A DNA stretch of 64,000 nucleotides from Erythrobacter sp. GTDB taxonomy: Bacteria > Pseudomonadota > Alphaproteobacteria > Sphingomonadales > Sphingomonadaceae. The translations under genes and the position numbers were made by a program. The notes below the pieces were generated by a model, which ran no database searches, was not told the origin of the DNA, and saw only the letters and a program-made list of their open reading frames with translations. The DNA lies in contig NZ_JAYPTL010000006.1 of assembly GCF_038133525.1 (NCBI RefSeq), positions 14,280 to 78,279 on the forward strand. Reading direction: 5' to 3'. Positions 9,025 through 19,672 of this stretch are shown here, one piece after another (position 1 is the first letter of the stretch; the number at the start of each line of letters is the position of its first letter).

Positions 9025-9507
9025 CTAGCGCCTCGCGCAAGCGAGCGTGGCTGCGTCCATTGCGGTAGCGGCCCCACTTAGCGAATAGGTGTTCGAGAAC
9101 CGTCGCCCGCGTCTATCGCTGGCCCGAATTGTCATGCGCGATGCAGAACGCATGGCCGCGACGATGGCAGCATCCATGGTGCGATCTCGGGCCCAGGCGT
9201 CGCCGCCCCCGCCGGTGAGGCGGAAACTGCGGCTTCCGACCTGCAGCGTGATCGCGGCATTGTTCGCCAATTGACGTGAGAGGCGGAAATGGACCTGACC
9301 GCGCAGATTGCGGCGCGGCCATGTTGCGATGGTGGCAAACGGGTCGAAGTCGCGGCTCAGCTTGCTCGCTTCAGGAACGGCGATCGCATAGCAGCGCGGC
9401 ACAGATGGATCGCGAAAGGCGCCCCAATCGGAGAACACGCCCAGATCGTCCTTCGCCGACAATGGAGCGGCCAGGGTGAGAACCAGAAGGGCGAAACACC
9501 TACGCAT
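9025..9507 (-). CDS. Invasion-associated locus B (IalB)-like secreted protein
   Basis: Signal peptide, GVFSDWGAF, IVAAMRS, YSLSGAATAMDAA..AC; position next to rlmN as typical in alphaproteobacteria. Confidence 0.7.
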   Translation of the reverse strand: MRRCFALLVLTLAAPLSAKDDLGVFSDWGAFRDPSVPRCYAIAVPEASKLSRDFDPFATIATWPRRNLRGQVHFRLSRQLANNAAITLQVGSRSFRLTGGGGDAWARDRTMDAAIVAAMRSASRMTIRASDRRGRRFSNTYSLSGAATAMDAATLACARR

Positions 9508-10000
9508 AGTCGATGGCGATAACCTCCCATTCCTTGCTGCCGCCGGGAAGCCTTACGCTGCGCAAATCCCCGATTGTGGCTCCCCTGACTGCTTTCGCCA
9601 GCGGGCTCGACCAACCGATCCGGCCTGCGCTCGCATCCTGCTCGTCATCGCCGACCAGGGTGACCACCATCTCATTGTCGTCTTCATCCGCCAGCGTGAC
9701 GGTTGCCCCGAAAAAGGCGCGCGACTTGTCCGGTTGTTCGCTCGGATCGATCACCCGGGCAGACTTCATCCTGCGCGCCAGATGTGCCAGCTCGCGGTCG
9801 ATTTCGCGCATGCGCTTGCGCCCATAGAGGTAATCGCCGTTCTCGCTACGGTCGCCATTACCCGCCGCCCAGCTGACAATCTCGACGATCGCAGGACGCT
9901 CTGTGCCGAGCAAATGGTCGTAGCGCGTCTTGAGCGCGGCATAGCCTGCCGGGGAGATCGGATTGCTCGGTGCGGTCATGGTACCGCCGTTAGCCGACAT
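9500..10000 (-). CDS. greB: Transcription elongation factor GreB
   Basis: IVSWAAGNGDRSENGDYLYGRKRMREIDR, FFGATV, IGWSSPLAKA; ATG overlaps slt stop (alternative ATG 9979). Confidence 0.9.
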   Translation of the reverse strand: MSANGGTMTAPSNPISPAGYAALKTRYDHLLGTERPAIVEIVSWAAGNGDRSENGDYLYGRKRMREIDRELAHLARRMKSARVIDPSEQPDKSRAFFGATVTLADEDDNEMVVTLVGDDEQDASAGRIGWSSPLAKAVRGATIGDLRSVRLPGGSKEWEVIAIDYA

Positions 10001-11958
10001 CAGCGCAGGAAGTCACTCACCAGCTTGGGCCCGCCATAGGCGACCTTGTCGGGATTGAGCTGTTCATAGACCGCTGCGTTCTCGATCACGCGCTGGACGT
10101 AGTTCTTGGTCTCATAGATCGGGATACGCTCGATCCATTCGATCCAGCCGACACCGCCGTTGCGGGGGTCGCCATTGGCGACAAGCCATTTGTTCACATT
10201 GCCCGGACCGGCATTATAGGCCGCGACCGCCAGCGGATACGATCCGCGGTAATAGTCCATCATGCGGGCGAAGTAGCCGTTGCCAAGCTGGATATTGTAG
10301 CTGGGTGAATCGATCAGATCGGCCGACATGTAATTGACGCCGAGCTTCCCGGCCTGCTCGCGCGCCGTGCCGGGCATCAGTTGCATCAGCCCGCGCGCAC
10401 CGGCGTGGCTGATCGCGTTCTGCGCGAACTGGCTTTCCTGGCGGGTGATCGCATGGACCATGGTCCAGTTAGATCCCGGGGGAACGGGCATGGTTGGGAA
10501 GCCCTGGACCACGAATTCGTGGTGACCATCGGCGCCTGCCGCATCGGAAAGGATCACGGCGAGGTCGCGGCGTCCGATTTCGCGCGCCAGCTCCGCCACC
10601 AGCGCGTGTTCCTCGGGGGTCTCTGCCTGCTCCGCGATTGCCTTGTAGAACTGGATGCCGGTCCGCCACGGGGCGTCGCGCGCCACCTCGCGAACGGCAG
10701 CGGTCAGCGGCTGGCGGTTGAAGGCTGCGCGCTGGTCCGTGGTGGGGTTGACGAGGGCCGCATTGGCGAGCTGCGGGAACGAACGGCCCAATTCGCGCAG
10801 GGCCAGCTGACCGTAGAAACGCTCGGGGTACTGCGCCGCCATCTCGAAGTAGCGGCTGGCCTCGGCGGCATTGCCGGCGCGCTTGCTGGCATAGCCGGCC
10901 CAGTAGAAGCCCTTGGATCGCGTCTGCGGAGTTTGTGCCGCTGCGCCATAGCGATAGAACAGCGGGGCGGCGCGGTTGCCGTCACCCAGGTTCCACAATG
11001 CGCTCGTCCCGCCGAGCCACATCAGCGTGGTGTAATCGTCGCGCAGGCGATAGGCCATCTTGCTGACGTCGGCACCGGGAACGAAGAGATCGTCCACCCG
11101 CGATGCGATGCGGGCGGCCGGATCGGAACCTGCCGATTTGGCGATGCGCAGCGCCTCGCCGATGAAATCCTCGGGATCGAATGCCGGCTTGGCGAAAGGC
11201 GCACGGTTGGCGAGCGCGTTCACCGCGAGCGGCAGCTGACCGCTGGTGCGGTAATAGCGGGCGAGGTTATAGACATAACCCGCGTCGCCCTGGGCATTGG
11301 CGGGAACTTCGAGGCCGGCCTGCTGGGGTGTGCTGCCCTGCAGCAGGGCGAGCCGCGCCATGGCCGTTGCGCGCTCGCTGGTGCCAAGATTGACCACCTG
11401 ACGGGCGGCGGCTTCCTTGTCGCCTTGCCAGAGCAGCGCATCCATCCGCGCAGCGTGGTCATCGGCGGTGAGCCGCGCCCCGAACAGGCCCTGCATATAG
11501 GCTTCGGCCGGGCCACTCATCCTGCCGCCGCGCCAGGCCTGCCGCGCTACCGCGAAGGCTTCGGGCCGCTGCAAGGTAGCTAGTGCCAGCGCGTAGCGTG
11601 CACGGGCGGCGTTCGAGATTGGGGGATAGCGATCGAAGAACGAGACCAGCGATTCGGGAGAGGCGGCGTCGCTGTCCAAGGCGTCTTCCGCCCGCGACTG
11701 CAGCAGCACTTGCTTGGGGAAGCCAGGATAGGTGACAATGAAGCCGGCGTAGTCGGAGAAGGGCAGTCCGTCGCGGGAAGTGAGGTATTCCCAACGCGAT
11801 ATCGCCTGGGCCATTGGTCCGGGTGCCTGCGCCACCAGGTCGTTCCGGGCCTTGTCCCATGATGCGCCGTCCTGTGCGAGCACAGGGGATGCCCCGAGGA
11901 ATGTTCCGCCGAGGGCGAGTGCGAAAGAAAATGCTGTCCTCTTGCCCATGATGGACAT
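10000..11958 (-). CDS. Soluble lytic murein transglycosylase (Slt70-like)
   Basis: AITRQESQF, SHAGARGLMQLMPGTA, AAYNAGPGNV, ETKNYVQRV; signal peptide; start moved to ATG 11958. Confidence 0.92.
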   Translation of the reverse strand: MSIMGKRTAFSFALALGGTFLGASPVLAQDGASWDKARNDLVAQAPGPMAQAISRWEYLTSRDGLPFSDYAGFIVTYPGFPKQVLLQSRAEDALDSDAASPESLVSFFDRYPPISNAARARYALALATLQRPEAFAVARQAWRGGRMSGPAEAYMQGLFGARLTADDHAARMDALLWQGDKEAAARQVVNLGTSERATAMARLALLQGSTPQQAGLEVPANAQGDAGYVYNLARYYRTSGQLPLAVNALANRAPFAKPAFDPEDFIGEALRIAKSAGSDPAARIASRVDDLFVPGADVSKMAYRLRDDYTTLMWLGGTSALWNLGDGNRAAPLFYRYGAAAQTPQTRSKGFYWAGYASKRAGNAAEASRYFEMAAQYPERFYGQLALRELGRSFPQLANAALVNPTTDQRAAFNRQPLTAAVREVARDAPWRTGIQFYKAIAEQAETPEEHALVAELAREIGRRDLAVILSDAAGADGHHEFVVQGFPTMPVPPGSNWTMVHAITRQESQFAQNAISHAGARGLMQLMPGTAREQAGKLGVNYMSADLIDSPSYNIQLGNGYFARMMDYYRGSYPLAVAAYNAGPGNVNKWLVANGDPRNGGVGWIEWIERIPIYETKNYVQRVIENAAVYEQLNPDKVAYGGPKLVSDFLR

Positions 11959-12052
11959 ATTGCCCCCCGGCTCCTTATCAGGTGATGAATGAGTGTTTTC
12001 GATCCGCGAATTCACGCGGAACTTCATGCAACCAACTTGAGGCAATGTGCAA

Positions 12053-12934
12053 ATGTTCTCAGGCTCGATTCCGGCTCTGGTGACTCCTTTTCGCGACGGA
12101 TCGATTGACGAGGCCGCTTTTCGGCGCCTGATCGACTGGCAGATCGACAACGGCAGCTCCGCGCTGGTCGCTTGCGGGACCACAGGCGAAGCCTCGACCC
12201 TATCCAATGCCGAGCACCATCGCGTGATCGAGATTTGTATCGAACAGGCTGCCGGACGGGTACCGGTGATTGCCGGTTGCGGATCGAACGATACGCGCAA
12301 CGCGCTCTTGCACATGACCTTTTCTAAGAAGGCAGGGGCGGCCGCGGGCCTGTGCGTCGCACCTTATTATAATCGGCCCAGCCAGGCTGGCCTGATCGCG
12401 CATTTCAGTTTCCTGGCCGAAAACAGCGACCTGCCCATCGTTCTTTACAATGTTCCTGCGCGCACGGTGACCGACATCGAGGACGAAACCGTGGTGGCGC
12501 TGGTGCGCAAGTATCCTGACAGGATCCTGGCGATCAAGGATGCCAGCGGTGACCTTTCGCGCGTCGCCGACCATCGCATGGGCATCGGCCGCGACTTCTG
12601 CCAGCTTTCGGGCAATGACGAGCTGTGGTTGCCGCATGCCGCGGCGGGCGGGCGCGGCTGCATCTCGGTTACCGCGAATGTCGCCCCGGCGCTGTGCGCC
12701 GAATTCCACGAAGCGATCGCCGCCAACGACCTCAAGCTGGCGCGCCAGCTCAACGACCGGTTGTTCCCGCTGCACTACGCGATGTTCTCCGACGCCAGCC
12801 CGGCGCCGGTCAAATATGCGCTGAGCCGGGTGCATGACTGGATGACCGACGAGGTGCGCCTGCCGCTGGTCAAATGCTCGGACAAGGCCCGCAATGCCGT
12901 GGACGATGCGCTGGCGAGCGCGGGCCTGCTCTAG
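12053..12934 (+). CDS. dapA: 4-hydroxy-tetrahydrodipicolinate synthase
   Basis: GSIPALVTPF, GTTGEASTL, PYYNRPSQ, LYNVPART, AIKDASGD. Confidence 0.95.
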   Translation: MFSGSIPALVTPFRDGSIDEAAFRRLIDWQIDNGSSALVACGTTGEASTLSNAEHHRVIEICIEQAAGRVPVIAGCGSNDTRNALLHMTFSKKAGAAAGLCVAPYYNRPSQAGLIAHFSFLAENSDLPIVLYNVPARTVTDIEDETVVALVRKYPDRILAIKDASGDLSRVADHRMGIGRDFCQLSGNDELWLPHAAAGGRGCISVTANVAPALCAEFHEAIAANDLKLARQLNDRLFPLHYAMFSDASPAPVKYALSRVHDWMTDEVRLPLVKCSDKARNAVDDALASAGLL

Positions 12935-14007
12935 ATAACCTCATCCTCGTCGAGCAGCGGCTGGGCGGGGCCCTTGGGCTGGCTGGCGAGGATCGCTTCG
13001 GTGATCGTGCCGATTCTGTCGCCCGCGTGTTCGAGGTTGGCAACGTCGGCGATGTGAAACAGCGCGTCACCCTGGTTCACCACCGGTAGGGTTGCGTGGC
13101 CGATCACGATCCCGTCGATCGGGCTGACCATCGGCATGAGGTCTTCGCCGAAGAGTCCGCCGACCGTACCGAGCAGGTCCCCTTTGTGAACCACGTCGCC
13201 CGACTTGCGGTGACGCTGGGTCACCCCGCCGCGCGGGGCGCGCACCCAGCTCGACTTATTGGCGCGCGCGGGAATACCGACGCTGGTCAGGCCATCGTCC
13301 GCCTCGATCATCCCGATATGCGCGAGCACGCGGGTAACGCCGCTGACCCCGATATCGATCGACAGGCGATCGAAGCGCAATGCCTCGCCAGCCTCCAGCA
13401 GCAGGATCGGCGTGTCGCGTTCGGCCGCAAGTTCGCGCATCGAGCCGTCACGCAAGGGGCTCTCGATGATGACCGGCGCCCCGAAGGCCATCGCCAGCTC
13501 GACCAGATAGGGACTGCCAGAAGCGATGCGGACCTGCGGCAGGTTGTAGCGATGAACCGCCGCCGAGTGGATATCGATGCCGAGCGAGCATCGTTCGATG
13601 ACGTTCTCGAGGAAACAATTGGCGAGCTGGGCGGCCAATGAGCCCTTCTTGCTGCCGGGGAAGCTGCGATTGAGATCGCGACGATCGGGCAGGTAGCGGG
13701 TGTGGGCAAGGAAGCCGAAGATATTCACCGCCGGTGCGAGGATCACCGTCCCGGCGAGTTTTTGCGGGTCCACCCGCTGCGCCAGCTGCTGGATGATCGC
13801 CGTGCCGACGATCTCGTCCCCATGCACCGCTCCCGAAACGAAAACGGCGGGCCCCGGCTCGCTTCCGTGAAGGATGCGGAGCGAAAGTTCGGCGGAGAAT
13901 CCCCCGACCTGTTGGCTGACGGGGATTGCGACATCGCATGTTGTGCCCGGTGCGATCGAGCTCTCATGGATCGCGAAGGGTTCAGCATGGGGTTGATGTT
14001 TGTCCAT
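12931..14007 (-). CDS. Succinylglutamate desuccinylase / aspartoacylase family (M14-like Zn) protein
   Basis: GAVHGDE, DRRDLNRSFPG, IDIHS, LLEAGE; C-terminal biotinyl-lipoyl-like segment. Confidence 0.88.
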   Translation of the reverse strand: MDKHQPHAEPFAIHESSIAPGTTCDVAIPVSQQVGGFSAELSLRILHGSEPGPAVFVSGAVHGDEIVGTAIIQQLAQRVDPQKLAGTVILAPAVNIFGFLAHTRYLPDRRDLNRSFPGSKKGSLAAQLANCFLENVIERCSLGIDIHSAAVHRYNLPQVRIASGSPYLVELAMAFGAPVIIESPLRDGSMRELAAERDTPILLLEAGEALRFDRLSIDIGVSGVTRVLAHIGMIEADDGLTSVGIPARANKSSWVRAPRGGVTQRHRKSGDVVHKGDLLGTVGGLFGEDLMPMVSPIDGIVIGHATLPVVNQGDALFHIADVANLEHAGDRIGTITEAILASQPKGPAQPLLDEDEVI

Positions 14008-14016
14008 GGCAGCTCC

Positions 14017-15753
14017 CTAGATCGCCATGCCTTCAAACACCGTCGCGGCGATCGGCATTTCCTTCAGCATTCCGACTTCGACCTCGAACGGATCAGCGTC
14101 CAGAGCGATGAAATCAGCTTTCTTCCCCGCCGCCAATGAGCCGATCATGTCATCCATGCCGATCACCTGCGCCGCTTCGATTGTGATGGCGCGCAAAGCC
14201 TTTTCGCGGCCCAGCCGTTCATCGAGCCCACGTGCCTTGCCGTCCAGCCCCATGCGGGTCTGTGCGATCCAGGCGAGGTAAAAGGGATCGATCGGCGCCA
14301 TGTTGAAATCGGAGTGCAGGCCGAGCGGCACATTCTCGCGTTCCAGTGAGCCGAGGCGGTTCATCAGCGCAGCCCGATCAGGCCCGAAGCCGTGGCGTGC
14401 GTATGCGTCTCCCAGTACACGAATGTAGTTCGGCTGGGCCGAAACCATCAGACCCAATCGCGCGATCCGGCGAACCTGTGCCTCCGTGCAATAACCGAGG
14501 TGCTCCAGGGTAATCGTCTGGTCGCCACGCGCGGCAAGGGCCGCAATGCCATCGAGCACGACGTCCGCGCCCTCATCACCGTTGACGTGGATATGCAGGG
14601 AGAAACCCGCCTTCCAGAAACGTTCCAGCTGGTGGTGCAACTCGCCCGGTTCGGTCAGCCATTTTCCGATATGGCCATCGCTGTATCCGGGTGTTCCCAT
14701 GCGCATATTCTGGGCGAAGAAGGCACCATCGGCGAACAGCTTTACGCGGCGGTCGAGGCGGACGTTTGCGCTAACGAACTTGGCCGCGTCGTTCATCCAG
14801 GCGTCGAGATCTTCCACGCTGCCCAGCGCCGCGGCGATCGGCATGAGCATCACACGCGCCCTGGCGTCGACCGCCCCAAAAGCTCTTGCGATCAGGCCAG
14901 CCTCTGTCGCGAAGGGCGCAAAGATTCCTGTTGCCATATCCGACGTGGTCGTAACCCCACGCTCGGCCATTACCTGCTTTAGCCCCGCAAAGCCCGAGGC
15001 CAATTTATCCTGGGACAGAAGCACTGGACGAAGCTTCGCCAGTGCTACGCCAAGGCCGGTTTCCGAGAACATCCCCAGTTCGAAGCTGCTCTGTGCCGGG
15101 TCAGCTCCACCGGCTGCCATGGCGGCGGCAAATGCTTCGGGAGTGTCGAGACCCATCCAAGCCAGGGCGGCGGTGTTGGCGAATATCTCATGGAAACTGC
15201 GCTGCCAGACCAGCAGTGCCCGATCGGGTGCGATCGTATCGAGGATCGTTCGATCGAGTGGCCCATGGAACAGTTCATGATGCCCCCAACAGATCAGCGG
15301 GTCGGCCGGGCTTTCGGCGACCAGCCGCGCGAGACGTGCGCGATAGGCGTCCTGGCTGAGCAGGCTGTCCCAATGACCCGACGGCAGGTGCCATTCGTCA
15401 GGTGCGAGGAAGGGCATGCCAAGCATTACCGCACTTTGCATGGGATGAATGTGCGGGTCGATCAGGCCAGGAAAGAGGATCTTATCGGCAAAGCGACGGT
15501 CGTGTCGTACCTCGCGACCGCTTGTCCACGCTGCAAGGTCTTCCATGCGATTGGCAACGGCCAGAACGGTTCCATCCGCTACGGCCATGAAGCGTGCGTG
15601 TGGGAACGAACGCTCCATGGTCACGATCCGCCTTGCCTCGAAGACCGTCATGGGCTCGCCGATCGAAGCCGCGAAGGCGCCTTTGCCTGCCAGCCACGGA
15701 CCTGTGGCCAACGCCTTGATTATTGTTCTCCTGCCAACCGGTGCCTTGAGCAT
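14017..15753 (-). CDS. Amidohydrolase family 3 protein (YtcJ-like), probable Tat substrate
   Basis: GRRTIIK...AFA signal; [43 protein letters not shown]. Confidence 0.85.
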   Translation of the reverse strand: MLKAPVGRRTIIKALATGPWLAGKGAFAASIGEPMTVFEARRIVTMERSFPHARFMAVADGTVLAVANRMEDLAAWTSGREVRHDRRFADKILFPGLIDPHIHPMQSAVMLGMPFLAPDEWHLPSGHWDSLLSQDAYRARLARLVAESPADPLICWGHHELFHGPLDRTILDTIAPDRALLVWQRSFHEIFANTAALAWMGLDTPEAFAAAMAAGGADPAQSSFELGMFSETGLGVALAKLRPVLLSQDKLASGFAGLKQVMAERGVTTTSDMATGIFAPFATEAGLIARAFGAVDARARVMLMPIAAALGSVEDLDAWMNDAAKFVSANVRLDRRVKLFADGAFFAQNMRMGTPGYSDGHIGKWLTEPGELHHQLERFWKAGFSLHIHVNGDEGADVVLDGIAALAARGDQTITLEHLGYCTEAQVRRIARLGLMVSAQPNYIRVLGDAYARHGFGPDRAALMNRLGSLERENVPLGLHSDFNMAPIDPFYLAWIAQTRMGLDGKARGLDERLGREKALRAITIEAAQVIGMDDMIGSLAAGKKADFIALDADPFEVEVGMLKEMPIAATVFEGMAI

Positions 15754-15859
15754 GCTTCTTCCCTCCGCAAGCTGCACAGTTGGCCCGGACGATCTCCATG
15801 GCAAGTGGAATAACTGTGGCCTTTCCCTTCGCGACAAGCTCACCTACATGGCCGCCACG

Positions 15860-16342
15860 ATGGCCCGCCCGAAACCCGCCACTTTCGACAAACAGAAGAC
15901 CGTCGCCGAGAACCGGCGCGCGCGGTACGATTACTTCATCGAAGACAAGTTCGAGGCGGGACTCGCCCTACAGGGGACCGAGGTTAAAGCCCTGCGCGCT
16001 GGCGAGGCGAGTATCGCCGAAAGCTATGCAGAAGTACGCGATGGTGAGGTTTGGCTGATCAATGCCAATATTCCCGAATATTCGCACGGCAACCGCCTGA
16101 ATCACGAACCGCGCCGCCCGCGCAAACTGCTGCTGCACGAGCGTGAAATCGACAAGCTGTTCGGTGCGGTTGAGCGCAAGGGCATGACGTTGATCCCCCT
16201 GTCGATCTATTTCAACGCGACCGGAAGGGCCAAGGTCGAGCTGGGACTGGCCAAGGGCAAGCAGGCGCAGGACAAGCGGCAGACGATCAAGGATCGCGAC
16301 TGGCAGCGCGACAAGGCGCGCCTGATGCGCGAGCGCGGCTGA
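15860..16342 (+). CDS. smpB: SsrA-binding protein SmpB
   Basis: [49 protein letters not shown] (alternative ATG 15848). Confidence 0.96.
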   Translation: MARPKPATFDKQKTVAENRRARYDYFIEDKFEAGLALQGTEVKALRAGEASIAESYAEVRDGEVWLINANIPEYSHGNRLNHEPRRPRKLLLHEREIDKLFGAVERKGMTLIPLSIYFNATGRAKVELGLAKGKQAQDKRQTIKDRDWQRDKARLMRERG

Positions 16343-16405
16343 CAAGCGGCGCTGATCCGGTCGAAAATCATGGTGAATTCGTCGCACATCCGTATCGCGC
16401 GCCCC

Positions 16406-16434
16406 TTGCACTCGCCAGTGAGGCAGCGCATCTC
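16406..16434 (+). promoter_or_regulatory. Probable sigma70-type promoter for DUF2062-cckA
   Basis: TTGCAC-N17-CATCTC, same architecture as the recA promoter. Confidence 0.4.
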
Positions 16435-16446
16435 AAGGGCGTGGCA

Positions 16447-17052
16447 ATGAGCAAGCGCAAATCAAAGACCTTCCTCTCGGACTGGTTCCGCGTGCGCATG
16501 CCCACGCGCGAGGAAATGGCCGAGAATCGCTATCTACGGCCGATTGCGCATCGCTTCCTGACTCCGGAATTGTGGCGCTTTACGCGGCGCTCGGTCCCCC
16601 GGGGCGTGGCGCTCGGCGTGTTTGCCGGATTCATTATCCCTGTGGGGCAGATCTTCCTGGCTGCCTTCATGGCCCTGCCGGCGCGCGCAAACGTGCCCCT
16701 GGCGGCACTGGTGACCTTTATCACCAACCCCTTTACCTTGCCATTCTGGGCTTATGTGGCGAACCGTGTCGGCGCCCTTATCCTGAAGGTCGACATGGGA
16801 ATGACTGGCGGTGCGGCGCATGATGAGATCGCAAGCGGCCGCTGGGCGTGGTTCGTCGGCATGTTCGAAGGCGTTGGGATCACGCTGCTGGTGACAGTAT
16901 TCGGATTCATCGTCCTGGCGATCCTCGGCGCGGCCCTTGGCTACTTGCTTTCCGGCTTTGTCTGGCGTTTTCTGGTCGCGGCGAAACGGCGCAGGCGGCT
17001 CAAGGCGATGGAACGGCGCCTCGATGCGCGTCTCGCCGGGGAGACGGAATGA
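16447..17052 (+). CDS. DUF2062 domain membrane protein
   Basis: LWRFTRRSVPRGVALG, RANVPLAALVTFITNPFT; ATGA-coupled to cckA. Confidence 0.85.
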   Translation: MSKRKSKTFLSDWFRVRMPTREEMAENRYLRPIAHRFLTPELWRFTRRSVPRGVALGVFAGFIIPVGQIFLAAFMALPARANVPLAALVTFITNPFTLPFWAYVANRVGALILKVDMGMTGGAAHDEIASGRWAWFVGMFEGVGITLLVTVFGFIVLAILGAALGYLLSGFVWRFLVAAKRRRRLKAMERRLDARLAGETE

Positions 17053-19523
17053 GCGGGCATGAGGATAATCCGGTCGGGCGCCTGCCGCCGCTGCCGCTGA
17101 TCCTTGGGATAGCCTTTGCCTGCGTTGCATCGGTTGGCCTTATCTGGCTGGTCGGGCGCGATTCCGTGGCGGCCATGGCCTATGGTGGGGCGCTACTCGC
17201 GATACTGCTGACGTTATTGCTGATGGCGCGATTGCGTGCGTTGCCTGAATTCGTCGAACTGGCCCAGCCGGACTGGACGGTGACCGCTGCGGCGATCGAG
17301 AACCGGCGCCGCGCGATCGCCATTACCGATCGCGCCAATCGGCTGGCCTGCGCCAACAGCAGCTACGAAGAATGGTTCGATGGCGCGCGCGGACCCATGG
17401 AGCTACCGTTCGATGCGGCATCGCGCGACCAAATGATTGCAGCTGCCCGCGAGGCATGGCGCGACGGTGCTGCCGACATCGGGATGGTTTCGACCGAACA
17501 GGGAGACCGCAACTTCAGCCTGACGGTCGATCGGGCGGGGCGGGGCGAGGATTACCTCGTCTGGCGTTTTTCCGAAATCGTCCAGCAACGCAGCTACGAC
17601 GGCTTGGCAGAGCGTATTGCGGGCTCGCTTGGCGAGGTGACTTCCAGGGCGGGAATCGAGCTGGCGCTCGTGGCGCCCGATGGGATCGTCCAGGCAGGCA
17701 GTCCGGGCCTTTCGGAACGCGCGACCGGCAGCCGCGAGAACTCGCTTGCCGGGATGGAATTCGTGCAATTGCTGCGAACCGATGATCGCGATCGGATCTT
17801 CTTTGCCCGCGAAGGCCAGCATGGGTCGCCCCAGACGCTGATCCATGTGCCGCTCGATCAGACGGGTGTGCCGCGAACCAAGGATGCCGACGAGGCGCCT
17901 TCGCTGATGATGCTGATCGACAGCACAGTTGGCATCGGGGGCGGGCGCGACAACAGCGGCAAGGCGGCGATACCACAGCTCGAAGCATTGCTGTCCGCAC
18001 TCCCGCTTGGCCTTGCACTGACCGATCGGGACGGGCGCTTCCTGTTTGCCAACAAGGCCTTCCTGCGCGCGGTGGAGCGCGAAGGGCATGGCCTGCCGCA
18101 GTTTCCCTCGGACCTCGTGGTCCGCGAAGACAAGGCGGCGATGGCTGACACGGTTCGGCGCTTTGCCAAGGGGGCAACTTCCAGCGGCGACATGGCGGTG
18201 CGCCTGGCTGGCGACAAGGAAGAGCCGGTTTCGATCGGGCTCGCCGGAGTGCGCGGGCTCGGCGATGCAGCAGTCCTGCTGTCCATATCGGATTCGACCG
18301 AGGAAAAGCGCCTGCGTCGACAGGTTGCGCAGGCCACCAAGATGCAGGCTGTCGGCCAGCTCGCCGGCGGTGTCGCGCATGACTTCAACAATGTGCTGAC
18401 CGCAATCATCGGCTATTGCGACCTCATGCTGCTGCGCCATACGCCGGGCGACAGCGATTACGACGACATCCAGCAGATCAAGGCGAACTCGAACCGCGCG
18501 GCGTCGCTGACGCGCCAGCTGCTCGCTTTCAGTCGCCAGCAGACGCTTCGTCCTGTCGTGCTGCAATTGCCCGATGTCGTCAGCGAGGTCAGCCAGCTGC
18601 TCAAGCGGCTGATGGGCGACAAGATCGAGTTTTCAGTCCGCCACGATCGCGAGCTGGGCCCGGTTCGCGCCGACCCGCAACAGCTCGAACAGGTCATCAT
18701 AAACCTCGCTGTGAATGCGCGCGATGCGATGCAGGCGCATGCGGCGAAGACTGGGAAGCAGGACTGGAAGGGCCGATTAATGCTCGCGACGCGCCGTGTT
18801 TCGGCGCGCGACGTGCGCAAGATGGGCATCGATATCATGCCTGCTGATGACTATACTGTGCTGATCATCCAGGATACCGGCGGCGGCATTCCCGAAGAGA
18901 ACCTCAATAAGATCTTCGAACCCTTCTTCACGACCAAGGAGCAGGGCAAGGGGACCGGGCTGGGGCTGTCGACGGTCTATGGCATCGTCAAGCAATCGAA
19001 TGGCTTCATCTTCGCCGACAACGTCCGCGGCCCGGACGGGGCGCCGTCGGGTGCGCGGTTCACCGTCTACCTGCCCGTGCACAAGGGCGAGATGCCCATC
19101 GCGGTGCGGCAGGAGGAGCCCGAAGAGCAGAAGGCGAGCGACTGGTCGGCAGGTGGCAAGCTGCTGCTGGTCGAAGACGAGGATACGGTCCGCGCGGTGG
19201 CCGAACGGGCATTGGTTCGCGCCGGCTATACCGTAACAACGGCCTGCGACGGCGAAGAGGGTCTCGCCGCAATCGCCAATGGCAAGACCGAGTTCGACCT
19301 GATTGTTTCGGACGTGGTGATGCCTGCGATGGACGGCCCGGCCATGGTCAGGGCTATCCGCAAGGTGAAGCCCAGGCTGCCCATCCTCTTCATGTCCGGC
19401 TATGCCGAGGAACAGCTTCGCAACGAGATCGACATCGACAACATGCATTTCATCCCGAAGCCGTTCAGCGTCCAGCAGATCAACGCCAAGGTGGCAGAGG
19501 TACTCGCCGAACAGCGCGGTTGA
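17049..19523 (+). CDS. cckA: Hybrid PAS sensor kinase/receiver, CckA
   Basis: Two N-terminal TMs; [22 protein letters not shown]-box, [28 protein letters not shown]; receiver domain; lies directly upstream of recA. Confidence 0.88.
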   Translation: MSGHEDNPVGRLPPLPLILGIAFACVASVGLIWLVGRDSVAAMAYGGALLAILLTLLLMARLRALPEFVELAQPDWTVTAAAIENRRRAIAITDRANRLACANSSYEEWFDGARGPMELPFDAASRDQMIAAAREAWRDGAADIGMVSTEQGDRNFSLTVDRAGRGEDYLVWRFSEIVQQRSYDGLAERIAGSLGEVTSRAGIELALVAPDGIVQAGSPGLSERATGSRENSLAGMEFVQLLRTDDRDRIFFAREGQHGSPQTLIHVPLDQTGVPRTKDADEAPSLMMLIDSTVGIGGGRDNSGKAAIPQLEALLSALPLGLALTDRDGRFLFANKAFLRAVEREGHGLPQFPSDLVVREDKAAMADTVRRFAKGATSSGDMAVRLAGDKEEPVSIGLAGVRGLGDAAVLLSISDSTEEKRLRRQVAQATKMQAVGQLAGGVAHDFNNVLTAIIGYCDLMLLRHTPGDSDYDDIQQIKANSNRAASLTRQLLAFSRQQTLRPVVLQLPDVVSEVSQLLKRLMGDKIEFSVRHDRELGPVRADPQQLEQVIINLAVNARDAMQAHAAKTGKQDWKGRLMLATRRVSARDVRKMGIDIMPADDYTVLIIQDTGGGIPEENLNKIFEPFFTTKEQGKGTGLGLSTVYGIVKQSNGFIFADNVRGPDGAPSGARFTVYLPVHKGEMPIAVRQEEPEEQKASDWSAGGKLLLVEDEDTVRAVAERALVRAGYTVTTACDGEEGLAAIANGKTEFDLIVSDVVMPAMDGPAMVRAIRKVKPRLPILFMSGYAEEQLRNEIDIDNMHFIPKPFSVQQINAKVAEVLAEQRG

Positions 19524-19580
19524 GGGAGATCCTGCATTCGTCGAAAGGTAACGACTGGAACAAAACGGGAAAAAATTTTC

Positions 19581-19624
19581 GTTCCACTCTTGTTCTTGTA
19601 GAACAAAGCCGATACACACATCTC
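19581..19624 (+). promoter_or_regulatory. LexA (SOS) box abutting the recA promoter
   Basis: GTTC-cactctt-GTTC (19581-19595) matches the alphaproteobacterial GTTC-N7-GTTC box; followed by TTGTAG-N17-CATCTC. Confidence 0.85.
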
Positions 19625-19672
19625 CAGTTGAAGAGTCAAAGGGGGCTCTTTGCAAGTGCAGGAGGTGGTGCC

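Noticed and set aside
15860-16342. tmRNA (ssrA) next to smpB
   Set aside because: No tRNA-like ends or tag ORF seen in the flanking gaps
19557-19583. Possible EcfG/sigmaT promoter GGAAC...CGTT before recA
   Set aside because: Spacer is 18 nt, longer than the 16-17 consensus; better explained by LexA half-sites
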